From Candidatus Limnocylindrales bacterium (lineage in GTDB: Bacteria; Chloroflexota; Limnocylindria; Limnocylindrales; CSP1-4): a DNA stretch of 32,803 nt. The stretch spans positions 1 to 32,803 of the forward strand of contig JBKKDW010000020.1 in NCBI GenBank assembly GCA_046708025.1, given 5' to 3'. The translations under genes and the position numbers were made by a program. Positions 9,434 to 18,475 of the stretch are shown here, piece after piece. Within the stretch, counting starts at the first letter, position 1. Each line of letters opens with the position of its first letter. Below the pieces are notes generated by a model, which was not told the origin of the DNA, searched no databases, and worked only from the letters and a program-made list of their open reading frames with translations.

Positions 9434-10138
9434 ATGACCGCCCGGAACTTGCCCGACAACGTGCGCCGCCTCGTGGACGAGATCGAATCCGAGATCGGCG
9501 AGACTGACGTCGACCTCGAAGACATCACCGGATCGCGCGGCGACGAGCGCTCCGGCCTGGAGCCGCCCGACAACGGCCGGGTGGAGGCCGCCGTTCGTGA
9601 AATCCTGACCGAGATCGGCGAGGATCCCGACCGCCAGGGGCTGGTCGGCACTCCCGGGCGCGTGCATCGGATGTACACGGAGTTGACCGCCGGCTACCAC
9701 GTGGACCCCGAGCGACTCATCAATGGCGCCATCTTCGACATCGCCTACAGCGAGATGGTGGTGGTCAAGGCCATCCCGTTCTACTCGCTGTGCGAACACC
9801 ATCTGCTGCCGTTTTTCGGCAACGCGTCGGTCGCCTACATTCCGCGCGGACGGGTGATCGGCCTGTCCAAGATTCCGCGAGTCGTCGAGATGTACGCCCG
9901 TCGACTGCAGGTCCAGGAGCGACTCACCCAGCAGATCGCCGAGTTTCTCCAGGAGCGCCTGGCGCCACAGGGCGTCGGTGTTGTCCTCGAGGCGACCCAC
10001 CTGTGCGCAGTCATGCGCGGGGTCCGCAAGCCCGGCACGATCATGACCACGTCGTCCGTGCTCGGCCTGTTCCGGACCCGCGACCGGACCAGGGCCGAGT
10101 TCTTCGCCCATCTCGAGCGCACCGCACCGGGCGCCTGA
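9434..10138 (+). CDS. folE: GTP cyclohydrolase I
   Basis: ATG at 9434. Blocks [34 protein letters not shown] and RLQVQERLT are present. The N-terminal extension is acidic. Confidence 0.93.
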   Translation: MTARNLPDNVRRLVDEIESEIGETDVDLEDITGSRGDERSGLEPPDNGRVEAAVREILTEIGEDPDRQGLVGTPGRVHRMYTELTAGYHVDPERLINGAIFDIAYSEMVVVKAIPFYSLCEHHLLPFFGNASVAYIPRGRVIGLSKIPRVVEMYARRLQVQERLTQQIAEFLQERLAPQGVGVVLEATHLCAVMRGVRKPGTIMTTSSVLGLFRTRDRTRAEFFAHLERTAPGA

Positions 10139-10194
10139 TCGGGGACCACGCACGGCGTGACCGTCGGGCCGCCTCGTGGGCCTACAATCCGTCC

Positions 10195-10599
10195 ATGCCC
10201 GACCGACCGCTCAAGGTGCTGATCGCCAAGCCCGGCCTGGATGGCCACGACCGGGGCGCCAAGGTCCTCGCTCGCGGACTGCGCGACGAGGGCTTCGAGG
10301 TCGTCTACACGGGGCTGCGTCAGACGCCCGAGATGGTCGCGACGGCCGCCCTCCAGGAAGACGTCGATGTCGTCGGGTTGTCGATCCTGTCCGGCGCGCA
10401 CATGACCCTGGTGCCGCGGATCACGAAGCTGCTGCGCGAAAAAGGCATGGACGACGTCCTCGTGACCGTCGGCGGGATCATCCCTGACATCGATGTGCCG
10501 GTGCTGCGCGAAGCCGGGGTCGCCGAGGTTTTCGGCCCGGGCACCACCATCGCCCAGGTCGCGACGTACCTGCGGGCGAACGCGCGCCCCCGCGGCTAG
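10195..10599 (+). CDS. icmB: acyl-CoA mutase small subunit (B12-binding domain)
   Basis: 134 aa starting [24 protein letters not shown], with the DxHxxG cobalamin motif, then [11 protein letters not shown] and TVGGIIP. The symbol is inferred from the large-subunit signature. Confidence 0.9.
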   Translation: MPDRPLKVLIAKPGLDGHDRGAKVLARGLRDEGFEVVYTGLRQTPEMVATAALQEDVDVVGLSILSGAHMTLVPRITKLLREKGMDDVLVTVGGIIPDIDVPVLREAGVAEVFGPGTTIAQVATYLRANARPRG

Positions 10600-11585
10600 T
10601 GGCCGACGCCGCGGCCGAGGCCGTCGAGCTGGCGGACGCCGCGATCGCCGGGAACCGACGCGCCCTGGCCCGGCTGCTCACCGCGGTCGAGAACCGGACG
10701 GCGGTCGCGGAGGCGGCGATGCGCCGGCTCTACCCGAACGCCGGTCGCGCGCACCTGGTCGGGATCACCGGACCGCCCGGCTCGGGCAAGTCGACCCTCG
10801 TGGCTGCGCTGATCGCCGAGGTCCGGCAGGCCGCGCGGACGGTCGCCGTCCTGGCCGTGGATCCATCGAGCCCGATCACCGGCGGCGCGCTGCTCGGCGA
10901 TCGCGTCCGAATGCAGGCCTATGCCGCCGACGATGGCGTGTTCATCCGTTCGATGGCATCGCGCGGTCACGCTGGCGGGCTGGCTTCGACCTCCACCACC
11001 GCGGCGGCCGTGCTCGACGCTGCCGGGTTCGATCTGATCCTGCTCGAGACGGTGGGAACCGGGCAGGCCGAGGTGGAGGTCGCGGCCACCGCCGATACAA
11101 CGGTGGTCCTCGAGGCGCCCGAGATGGGCGATGAGGTCCAGGCGATCAAGGCGGGCCTCCTCGAGGTCGCCGATCTCGTCGTCGTCAACAAGGGCGACAA
11201 GCCGGGCGCCCAGCGGACCGCCGCGCAGTTGCGCGCGATGCTCGTGGCGACCGCGCCGCGAGACGTCGATTCGCCGCGCCCACGACCGAAACGCCCCGAG
11301 GTCCTCATCACGACCGCCTCGACCGGCGAAGGCGTGCCCGAGCTGCTCGCTGCATTGGATCGACACCGGGCGGCCGGGCAGGCGGGCGAGTCGTCCGCCT
11401 CCGGACAGGCACGCGCCGAGGCCCAGGTCTGGGCCATCGTTGCCGACCGACTCCGCGAGCGTCTGCACGATCCGGCCCACGCGCCGGCCACCGCAGCATT
11501 GCTCGGCGAGGTGGCCGCGCACAAGGTCGACCCCTATGCGGCCGCGGACCGGCTTGTGGCGATCCTCGGAGCCGACAGCGGTTGA
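10599..11585 (+). CDS. meaB: MeaB/ArgK-type G-protein chaperone of B12 mutases
   Basis: The GTG start overlaps the icmB stop (TAGTG). P-loop GPPGSGKST, LLETVGTGQAEV and an NKxD-like VVNKGD are present. Confidence 0.9.
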   Translation: MADAAAEAVELADAAIAGNRRALARLLTAVENRTAVAEAAMRRLYPNAGRAHLVGITGPPGSGKSTLVAALIAEVRQAARTVAVLAVDPSSPITGGALLGDRVRMQAYAADDGVFIRSMASRGHAGGLASTSTTAAAVLDAAGFDLILLETVGTGQAEVEVAATADTTVVLEAPEMGDEVQAIKAGLLEVADLVVVNKGDKPGAQRTAAQLRAMLVATAPRDVDSPRPRPKRPEVLITTASTGEGVPELLAALDRHRAAGQAGESSASGQARAEAQVWAIVADRLRERLHDPAHAPATAALLGEVAAHKVDPYAAADRLVAILGADSG

Positions 11586-12787
11586 ATGCCCCAGCGACCG
11601 CGCCGGACCCTGCGCCGGCCGTCGCCGGGCAGAGCCTGGTCACGCGGCCGTTCGTCGCCCTCGCAGCGGCCACGCTCGCGTTCTACGTGGCGGCCGGCCT
11701 GCTCCTGCCGATCACGCCCCGGTTCGTCGAGGAGCGCCTGACCGGCGGTACCTTCGAGATCGGGATCGTCTTCGCGTCGTACGCGATCGCCTCGCTGCTC
11801 CTCCGGCCGATCGTGGGCTGGTCGTCGGATCGATTCGGGCGGCGGCCGCTCCTCATTGTCGGTGCACTGCTGACTGTCGCCGGAATGTTGCTGCACCTCG
11901 TTGCCGCGAATGTCCCCGTCCTGATCGTGGCCCGCTCGATCCTGGGCGCAGGCGAGGGGTTCTTCCTTGTCGCGGCCTTTGCCGCGGCCGCCGATCTCGC
12001 GCCCCCGGAGCGCCGCGGCGAGGCCCTCAGCTTCCTCTCACTGTCGCTCTACCTGGGGATCGCCATCGGCCCGTTGATCGGTGAGGCCATCCTCGGGGCG
12101 GCTGACTACGGCATGGTCTGGATCGCGACCGCGACCATCGCCGGATTGGCCGTTGTCCTCGCATACCTCACGCCGGAGACCGCGCCGATGGTCGTCTCGC
12201 ACGAGACGCCCCGCCGGCGTCCGCCCCTGATTCATCCCGCCGGCATCTTCCCCGGCCTGATCATGCTGGCCGGCGTGTGGGGGATGGCCGGGTTCTTTGC
12301 CTTCCTGCCCGGTCACGCCCAGTCGATCGGCCTGACCGGCGCCAGCCTCCCGCTGCTGGTCTACGCGCTGGTGGTGGTTGGGCTCCGGATTGTCGGCGCC
12401 CGGCTGCCCGATCGGCTCGGCGCCGCCCGCCTGTCGAGCGTGGCCCTCGCCCTGTCGGCCGTCGGCCTTGCGCTGATCGGCCTCGTCGCCACGCCGGCCG
12501 GCCTCATCGCGGGGACCGCGGTCTTCGCGACGGGCATCGCGTTCACGATGCCGGCCCTCCTCTCGCTGGTCGTCTCGCGCGTGCCCCCGGAGGAGCGTGG
12601 CACCGTGGTCGGGACCGCCACGGTCTTCCTCGACATCGCCTTCGGCGTCGCGCCGGTGATGCTCGGGATCATCGCCGAACGCACGGGTGCCGGACCGACG
12701 TTCCTCGTGTCGGCCGCGATCGCCGCGCTGGGCAGCGCCGCCCTGATCGCGTACCAGGCGTCGCTGCGCCGTCCGGCAGCCGCGTGA
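11582..12787 (+). CDS. MFS transporter
   Basis: 401 aa with about 12 hydrophobic segments and the SDRFGRRPLL loop motif. The TTG start overlaps the meaB stop; start choice is uncertain. Confidence 0.8.
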   Translation: MNAPATAPDPAPAVAGQSLVTRPFVALAAATLAFYVAAGLLLPITPRFVEERLTGGTFEIGIVFASYAIASLLLRPIVGWSSDRFGRRPLLIVGALLTVAGMLLHLVAANVPVLIVARSILGAGEGFFLVAAFAAAADLAPPERRGEALSFLSLSLYLGIAIGPLIGEAILGAADYGMVWIATATIAGLAVVLAYLTPETAPMVVSHETPRRRPPLIHPAGIFPGLIMLAGVWGMAGFFAFLPGHAQSIGLTGASLPLLVYALVVVGLRIVGARLPDRLGAARLSSVALALSAVGLALIGLVATPAGLIAGTAVFATGIAFTMPALLSLVVSRVPPEERGTVVGTATVFLDIAFGVAPVMLGIIAERTGAGPTFLVSAAIAALGSAALIAYQASLRRPAAA

Positions 12788-12807
12788 CACGCTAGGCTGG
12801 CATCGCG

Positions 12808-13728
12808 ATGACGATCGAGCGAGCCTTCGTCGCCGGGGCCGGGCTGATGGGCCATGGGATCGCGCAGGTCCATGCGGCGATCGGCATCACCGTGGCCCTG
12901 TAAGAACCGGATCTGGGGAGGGCGCAGGCCGGTCGCGACCGGATCGCGGCCAACCTCGATCGCGCAGTCGCCAAGGGACGGCTCGAAACCGCCGACCGGG
13001 ACGCCACCCTTGCCCGGATCACGCCGACCCACGACGAGGCGGCCGCTCGCGACACGGACCTCGTGATCGAGGCCGTCTTCGAGGACCTCGAAGTCAAGTC
13101 GGCGCTGTGGGGAACGCTCGATCGGCTGGCCCCGCCGGGCGCCATCTTCGCCTCGAACACGAGCTCCATTTCGATCGGCCGGCTGGCCGCGGCGGTCTCG
13201 CCGGCCCGCCGCGAGCGCTTCGTCGGGATGCACTTCTTCAGTCCCGTGCCGGTCATGCCCCTGATCGAGCTGATCCGCGGGCCAGCCACCACCAACGCCA
13301 CCGAGTCCGCGATCCGGGCGCTCGCCGAGCGGCTCGACAAGCGGGTCATCGTATCGGCCGACCGGCCCGGGTTCATCGTCAACCGGATCCTGATGCCGTT
13401 CCTGGCCGAGGCGATGCGCGCGTTCGAGGGTGGCCTCGGGACGGCAGAAGACATCGACACCGGCGCCCGGATTGGGCTGAACCACCCGATGGGCCCGCTC
13501 GAGCTGGCCGACTTCATCGGGCTGGATATCTGCCTCGGCGTGATGCGCGTCCTGGCCGAGGGGCTGGGCGGGGAGCAGTTCGCGCCACCTCAGGTACTGG
13601 TGGAACTGGTTGAGGCCGGGCATCTCGGCCAGAAGACGGGGCAGGGTTTCCATGCGTATCCACGCCAGGGACCGACGGAAGGGGCGGCGGTGCCGCCGGG
13701 GCCGCCGGGGGCGGGGCGGCCAGGATGA
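12808..13728 (+). pseudogene. hbd: 3-hydroxybutyryl/3-hydroxyacyl-CoA dehydrogenase interrupted by an in-frame TAA
   Basis: ATG 12808 gives MTIERAFVAGAGLMGHGIAQVHAAIGITVAL, the Rossmann GxGxxG. TAA follows at 12901-12903. The same frame then continues EPDL..NTSSISI..MHFFSPVP..DRPGFIVNRIL..GQKTGQGF to 13728. Confidence 0.85.
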
Positions 13729-14888
13729 CCGGCGACCTCACGCCGGAGGAGGGGCTGCTCCAGGCGACGGCGCGGGAGTTCGCCACCCGCGAGCTGGCGC
13801 CAACCGCGATCGAGCGCGATGAGGCCGAGCGCTACGACCGCTCGCTCTTTGCCAAGATGGGCGAGCTTGGGCTAACCGCGGCGCCGCTCCCCGAGTCGGT
13901 CGGCGGGGCGGGCTTTTCGTACCTCGGCTGGACCCTGGTCATGGAGGAGCTCGGCGCGGTTGACATGTCCATGGCCGTGTCGCTCTCGGTCCATCTCCTG
14001 TCGCAATATCCGGTCGTGACGTGGGGGACGCCGGAGCAGCAAGCACGCTGGCTGCCGGCGATGGTCGGCGGCCAGGCAATGGGTGCGTTCGCCCTGACCG
14101 AGCCGCATGCCGGCAGCGATGCGGGGGCGATCCGGATGCGAGCGGAGCGAGTGGGCCCGGCCGATTCGCCCGATGGATACCGGTTGACCGGCACCAAGAT
14201 CTGGATCTCGAACGCCCCGGAGGCGGAGCGCTACCTCGTCTTCGCCTCGCTCGACCCCGCCCTGGGCGCCAGGGGTATCAGCGCCTTCCTGGTCGAGAAG
14301 GGCACGCCCGGCTTCCGATTCGGGGCGCATGAGCGAAAGATGGGGATCCGGGCCTGTCCGGCTTCGGAGCTCGTCTTCGATGGCGCAGAGATACCGGTCG
14401 CTAACCGCCTGGGCGCGGAAGGAGAGGGCTACCGGATCGCCCTGTCCGCGCTTGGCGAAGGCCGCATCTCGATCGCCGCAGCGTGTGTCGGGATCGCTCG
14501 GGCCGGACTGGAGGCGTCGGCACGTTATCTCACCGAGCGCCGGGCGTTCGGGGCTCCGCTGGTGGAACAGCAGGGCCTGCGCTTCATGCTGGCTGAGATG
14601 GCCCGCGAGGTGGCAGCGGCCCGTGCCGTGACCCGGGAAGCGGCCCGGGCCAAGGATCGCGGCGAGCCCCTCACCGAGGTCTCGTCGATCGCCAAGTGGA
14701 CGGCCTCGGATGCCGCCATGCGGGTGGCGACGGACGCGGTCCAGCTGTTCGGGGCCAGCGGCTACTCGCGCGAGACCGGGATCGACCGGCTGATGCGCGA
14801 CGCCAAGGGCGCCCAGATCTATGAGGGCACCAATCAGATCCACCGCCTGATCGTGGCCGACGAGCTGCTACGGGGCCTCATCGGCTGA
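13725..14888 (+). CDS. acyl-CoA dehydrogenase (short/medium-chain type)
   Basis: 387 aa. Its start overlaps the hbd stop (ATGA). Blocks LTEPHAGSD, ERKMGIRACPASEL and IYEGTNQIHRL (catalytic Glu region) are present. Confidence 0.92.
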   Translation: MTGDLTPEEGLLQATAREFATRELAPTAIERDEAERYDRSLFAKMGELGLTAAPLPESVGGAGFSYLGWTLVMEELGAVDMSMAVSLSVHLLSQYPVVTWGTPEQQARWLPAMVGGQAMGAFALTEPHAGSDAGAIRMRAERVGPADSPDGYRLTGTKIWISNAPEAERYLVFASLDPALGARGISAFLVEKGTPGFRFGAHERKMGIRACPASELVFDGAEIPVANRLGAEGEGYRIALSALGEGRISIAAACVGIARAGLEASARYLTERRAFGAPLVEQQGLRFMLAEMAREVAAARAVTREAARAKDRGEPLTEVSSIAKWTASDAAMRVATDAVQLFGASGYSRETGIDRLMRDAKGAQIYEGTNQIHRLIVADELLRGLIG

Positions 14889-14984
14889 CACACATCTGGC
14901 CGGGCGGGGCACCGCGGACCCGCCGGCCGCGCGCCGCGGGCGCCCGAGGGCGAGCCGCTCACGATCGCGCCGCAACGGGCGGCA

Positions 14985-15169
14985 TTCCTGCCATCCGTCC
15001 ACGACGTGGACCTTCGGCGGGTCCCGGCGAACCGAAGAGAGCCCGCCGACGAATCGAAGTCCCTACGGGTACGAATTCACGCTCAGCGCTGGGTGGGTCG
15101 CGTCCGGGAGACCCGTCGCACGGGCCCCAGATCGCGCCCAAGGCGCTCCGTATGGACCGATGGCAGGAA
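14985..15169 (+). repeat. ~185-nt unit U1 with inverted arms
   Basis: The arm at 14985-15001 is the reverse complement of TGGACCGATGGCAGGAA (15153-15169) at 16/17. The interior is homologous by eye, roughly 60%, to U2. Confidence 0.6.
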
Positions 15170-15817
15170 ACTAAGCGCATCGACTCTGCCGCGAGGTCGG
15201 CGTAGCCAGCCACGCATCGTGCGCCCGTCGGCCGGGAACTTGGCTCGAAGGACTGTCTCGTGGCCGGACACCGCTCGCCGATTCGTTCGACTCTCCGCGA
15301 GGACGACCCAGGCCGACGTTGCCATCGGGTCCCAGCCTCGGTCGTTCGCGATCGCCGCCGCCAGTCGCCGCTTCCGATCCAGGGATCCCATCAGTTCGGT
15401 GATCTCGACTAGCTCTGTCTTCAATTCGATGACCACGAGCGACCGATATGTCGAATGCCACGCAACGATGTCAATCACGCCGCGCTCGCCGTAGATCGAA
15501 AACGACACCTCCGGCTCGGCCGTCCAACCGTCGAGCGAGCGAAACATCCGAGCCATGGCCTCGTGCATTGCCGAATGCCGGACGTTGATCAGCCTGCCGA
15601 GATCGCCACCCTGCCATCTGACAACCACGTCAAGCCGGGCATCCAGCGCATGGGCAACTCGCCGAATCAACCCGAGCGGCAGACCTGTCAGGCGGCCGTG
15701 CTCGATCCGACCGATCATCGTGCGCGAGACCCTGGCCTTGGCAGCTAGATCCTTCTGCCGCCAGCGCTTTCGCACCCGGATCGCGCGCAGCGCAGCACCG
15801 ACACGTTGGTCGTCCAT
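15083..15817 (-). CDS. XRE-family HTH protein fused to a PD-(D/E)xK-like (restriction-endonuclease-fold) domain
   Basis: 244 aa. The N-terminus LRAIRVRKRWRQKDLAAKARVSRTMIGRIEHGR is an HTH_3. The C-terminal half has E(PEVSF)..GERGVIDIVAW..LVVIELKTEL, a D-X(n)-E-x-K pattern. The last ~30 codons are Arg-rich and overlap repeat U1. Confidence 0.75.
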   Translation of the reverse strand: MDDQRVGAALRAIRVRKRWRQKDLAAKARVSRTMIGRIEHGRLTGLPLGLIRRVAHALDARLDVVVRWQGGDLGRLINVRHSAMHEAMARMFRSLDGWTAEPEVSFSIYGERGVIDIVAWHSTYRSLVVIELKTELVEITELMGSLDRKRRLAAAIANDRGWDPMATSAWVVLAESRTNRRAVSGHETVLRAKFPADGRTMRGWLRRPRGRVDALSFLPSVHTERLGRDLGPVRRVSRTRPTQR

Positions 15818-15890
15818 TCACGCAGTGTCGCCAGGGGCGCTTATCTACGGTGCACCTGGCCGCCTGTCTCGGCCCCGGCGCCAGGCCCTG

Positions 15891-16076
15891 ATCCTGCCAC
15901 CGGTCCACCAGGTGCACCCTTGGGCTGGTTTCGGGGGCTCGAACGACGCTCGCGATCGGTCCATTGAGCCTCGGCGCCTCGATCCCACGCTCACAGAACG
16001 GGCGTGCGCAGGCCGATTGGCTGCCAGGAGCGCTGCGATCGAGCCGAACGCTCACGTCGTGGACCCATGGCAGGAA
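15891..16076 (+). repeat. ~186-nt unit U2, direct repeat of U1
   Basis: Arm ATCCTGCCACCGGTCCACC (15891-15909) faces the arm at 16053-16076. The 3' parts align with U1 (GATCG.GCC.AA..CGCTC...TGGACC.ATGGCAGGAA). Confidence 0.55.
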
Positions 16077-16202
16077 AGAAGCGGGGCCGCGCCCGCCCGG
16101 CCCGGCCGCCCCGCCCGGCCCGCCGCGCTCGGACCGGCCGCCCTCGGACCGGCCGCGCCCGGCCCGCCGGACCACCCGCGCCGCCCGGTGTAGATTCGGA
16201 CC

Positions 16203-17438
16203 ATGAATCAATCCCCCGGCCAGAACGGCAACGTCTACGTCGTCAGCGCTGCCCGAACGCCGATCGGCAAGTTCGGCGGTGGCCTGGCCGGAGTCCCTGC
16301 CGTTGAGCTCGGCGGTGTCGCCATCCGCGCGGCAATCGAACGGGCGGGCCTGCCCGACGGCACCCCGGTTGACGAGGTCCTGATGGGCCAGGTCCTCCAG
16401 GCTGGTGCCGGCCAGGCCCCGGCTCGCCAGGCAGCCCTGCGCGCCGGCCTGCCGGACACGACCAGTGCCACGACGATCAACCGGGTCTGCGGTTCCGGCC
16501 TCAAGGCGATCATGCTGGCCGCCGCGGAAATTCGAGCCGGCGACGCGGAGGTCGTCATCGCGGGCGGGATGGAGTCGATGAACGGCGCGCCGTACCTGCT
16601 GCCGGGCGCCCGCTTCGGCTACCGCCTCGGCCACGCCGAGCTTATCGACGCCACCGTCAACGACGGCCTGATGTGCGCATTCGAGCACTGCCATATGGGC
16701 ACCCATGCCGAGCGCGTCGCCATCAGGAACGGCGTGAGCCGGGCGGACCAGGATGCCTTTGCCCTCGCCAGCCACCAGAAGGCGATCGCCGCGATCGACG
16801 CCGGGCACTTCGAGGCCGAGACCACCCCGGTCACCGTGCGCGACGCCAAGGGCCGCGAGACGCTCGTGACCACCGATGAGGCCCCCAGACGCGACTCGAC
16901 CGCCGAGGCCCTGGCGCGGCTGAAGCCGGTCTTCGCGCTGCCGGACGGCGAGGATCGCGGCGACGCCACGGAAGGCACGATCACGGCCGGCAACGCACCG
17001 GGCATAACGGACGGCGCGGCAGCGACAGTCGTGGCGAGCGAGCGGGCCGTGGAGCGCCTGGGCCTCAAGCCACTGGCCCGGATCGTCGGGTATGCCCAGG
17101 CCGAGGTGGCGCCAAAGTGGCTCTTCCTCGCCCCGCTGGTGGGCGTCCGCCGGCTCCTGGATCGGATCGAGCTCCCGATCGAGGCGTTCGATCTGATCGA
17201 GATCAACGAGGCGTTCGCCGCCCAGACCCTGGCCGACGGGCGCGACCTGGGCTTCGACTGGGAGCGGGTCAACGTCAACGGCGGGGCGATCGCCCTGGGT
17301 CACCCGATCGGGGCGTCCGGCGCGCGGATCGTGGCCACGCTCCTGCACGAGCTGCGCCGCCGCGAGGGCCGCTACGGGCTCGCGACGCTGTGCCTGGGCG
17401 GCGGCGGCTCCGTCGCGGCGGCGTTCGAGCGGGTCTGA
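16203..17438 (+). CDS. acetyl-CoA C-acetyltransferase (thiolase II)
   Basis: 411 aa with NRVCGSGLKA (active Cys), NGGAIALGHPIGASGAR and CLGGGG. Confidence 0.93.
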   Translation: MNQSPGQNGNVYVVSAARTPIGKFGGGLAGVPAVELGGVAIRAAIERAGLPDGTPVDEVLMGQVLQAGAGQAPARQAALRAGLPDTTSATTINRVCGSGLKAIMLAAAEIRAGDAEVVIAGGMESMNGAPYLLPGARFGYRLGHAELIDATVNDGLMCAFEHCHMGTHAERVAIRNGVSRADQDAFALASHQKAIAAIDAGHFEAETTPVTVRDAKGRETLVTTDEAPRRDSTAEALARLKPVFALPDGEDRGDATEGTITAGNAPGITDGAAATVVASERAVERLGLKPLARIVGYAQAEVAPKWLFLAPLVGVRRLLDRIELPIEAFDLIEINEAFAAQTLADGRDLGFDWERVNVNGGAIALGHPIGASGARIVATLLHELRRREGRYGLATLCLGGGGSVAAAFERV

Positions 17439-17464
17439 GTCCAACGGACAGAACGGCGCCGACG

Positions 17465-18415
17465 ATGCGGGGCGCGGTCTTCGGGGCGGGCGGGATCGGC
17501 GCGTATTACGGAGCCCGCCTGGCCGACGGTGGCGCGGACGTCCAGCTGATCGCCCGGGGTCGTCATCTCGACGCCATGCGATCGAACGGCCTGACCATCG
17601 TCACACCGGAGGAGACGTCGAACCGGCGGCTGCCCGCGACCGACGATCCGGTCGAGATCGGTCCGGTCGATGTCGTCCTCTTCTGCGTGAAGTCCTACGA
17701 CACGGAAGAGGCGGCGGCTCGGCTCGGCCCGCTTCTCCACGCCCAGACCGCGGTCGTGTCGCTCCAGAATGGGATCGACAACGAGGACCGAATCGCGGCG
17801 GCGATCGGCTGGCCGCACGTCCTCGGCGGCGCCGCCTACATCCTCGCCGCGATCCGCGAGCCCGGCGTGGTCAGCGTCTCCGGCCCGCGCGCGATCGTCT
17901 TCGGTGAGTGGGATGGCGGGCCGCCGTCTGACCGGGTCCAGGCCATCCTCGACGTCGCCGCCGTGGCCGGTCTGCCGGCTGAGGCGGCGAACGACGTCCG
18001 GGTCGCCAAGTGGGAGAAGTACACGCTCCTGGCCGCCTTCGCCGCCATCTCCGCCACTACCCGCCTCCCGATCGGCGACATCCGGCGCGCCCCAGCGGCC
18101 GTGGCGATGCTCCGCGCGATGATGACCGAGGTCCGGGCGGTCGGCCGGGCGATCGGCGTCGTCCTCGGCGACGACCTCGTCGAGCGCCAGCTGCAGCGCC
18201 TCCTGGGCCAGGCCGACGATGCCACGGCGTCGCTGTATCACGACCTCGTGACCGGGCACCGCATGGAGGTCGAGGCACTCCAGGGGGCGGTCGTCCGGCT
18301 CGGTCGTGAGCAGAGCGTCCCGACCCCGTTCCTCGACGCCGCCTACGCGATCCTCCAGCCCTGGGCCATCCGCAACGACCGACCGGTCGGGGACCGCCTG
18401 GCGATACCCGGCTGA
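17465..18415 (+). CDS. 2-dehydropantoate 2-reductase (ApbA/PanE) family oxidoreductase
   Basis: ATG at 17465. MRGAVFGAGGIGAYYGARLA is a Rossmann motif and CVKSYD is present. About 316 aa, as is typical. Sequence upstream in the ORF track is an overlap artefact. Confidence 0.8.
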   Translation: MRGAVFGAGGIGAYYGARLADGGADVQLIARGRHLDAMRSNGLTIVTPEETSNRRLPATDDPVEIGPVDVVLFCVKSYDTEEAAARLGPLLHAQTAVVSLQNGIDNEDRIAAAIGWPHVLGGAAYILAAIREPGVVSVSGPRAIVFGEWDGGPPSDRVQAILDVAAVAGLPAEAANDVRVAKWEKYTLLAAFAAISATTRLPIGDIRRAPAAVAMLRAMMTEVRAVGRAIGVVLGDDLVERQLQRLLGQADDATASLYHDLVTGHRMEVEALQGAVVRLGREQSVPTPFLDAAYAILQPWAIRNDRPVGDRLAIPG

Positions 18416-18454
18416 GCCGCCGGGAAGCGGGATCTGGACGGGGCTACACTCCAA

Positions 18455-18475
18455 CCGATGACCGATGACCGATGA
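18455..18475 (+). repeat. 3 x CCGATGA tandem heptamer at the aldehyde dehydrogenase start
   Basis: CCGATGA CCGATGA CCGATGA places three ATGs at 18458, 18465 and 18472. The first two open 5- and 4-codon mini-ORFs (MTDDR*, MTDD*). The third is the aldH start. Confidence 0.8.

Larger units (their letters stand above)
14985..16076. mobile_element. candidate inverted-repeat-bounded cassette carrying one gene
   Basis: Left end TTCCTGCCATCCGTCCACGACGTG (14985-15008). Its reverse complement matches the right end CACGTCGTGGACCCATGGCAGGAA (16053-16076) at 22/24. The segment interrupts the acd-thiolase intergenic region. No target-site duplication was seen. Confidence 0.45.

Noticed and set aside
16080-16195. 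GC-rich tandem or low-complexity tract upstream of thiolase: CTCGGACCGGCCGC twice and GCCCGGCCCGCC three times.
   Set aside because: This is probably simple-sequence slippage in an intergenic spacer, and no structure or coding signal is evident. It is noted only because it abuts the right end of the cassette.
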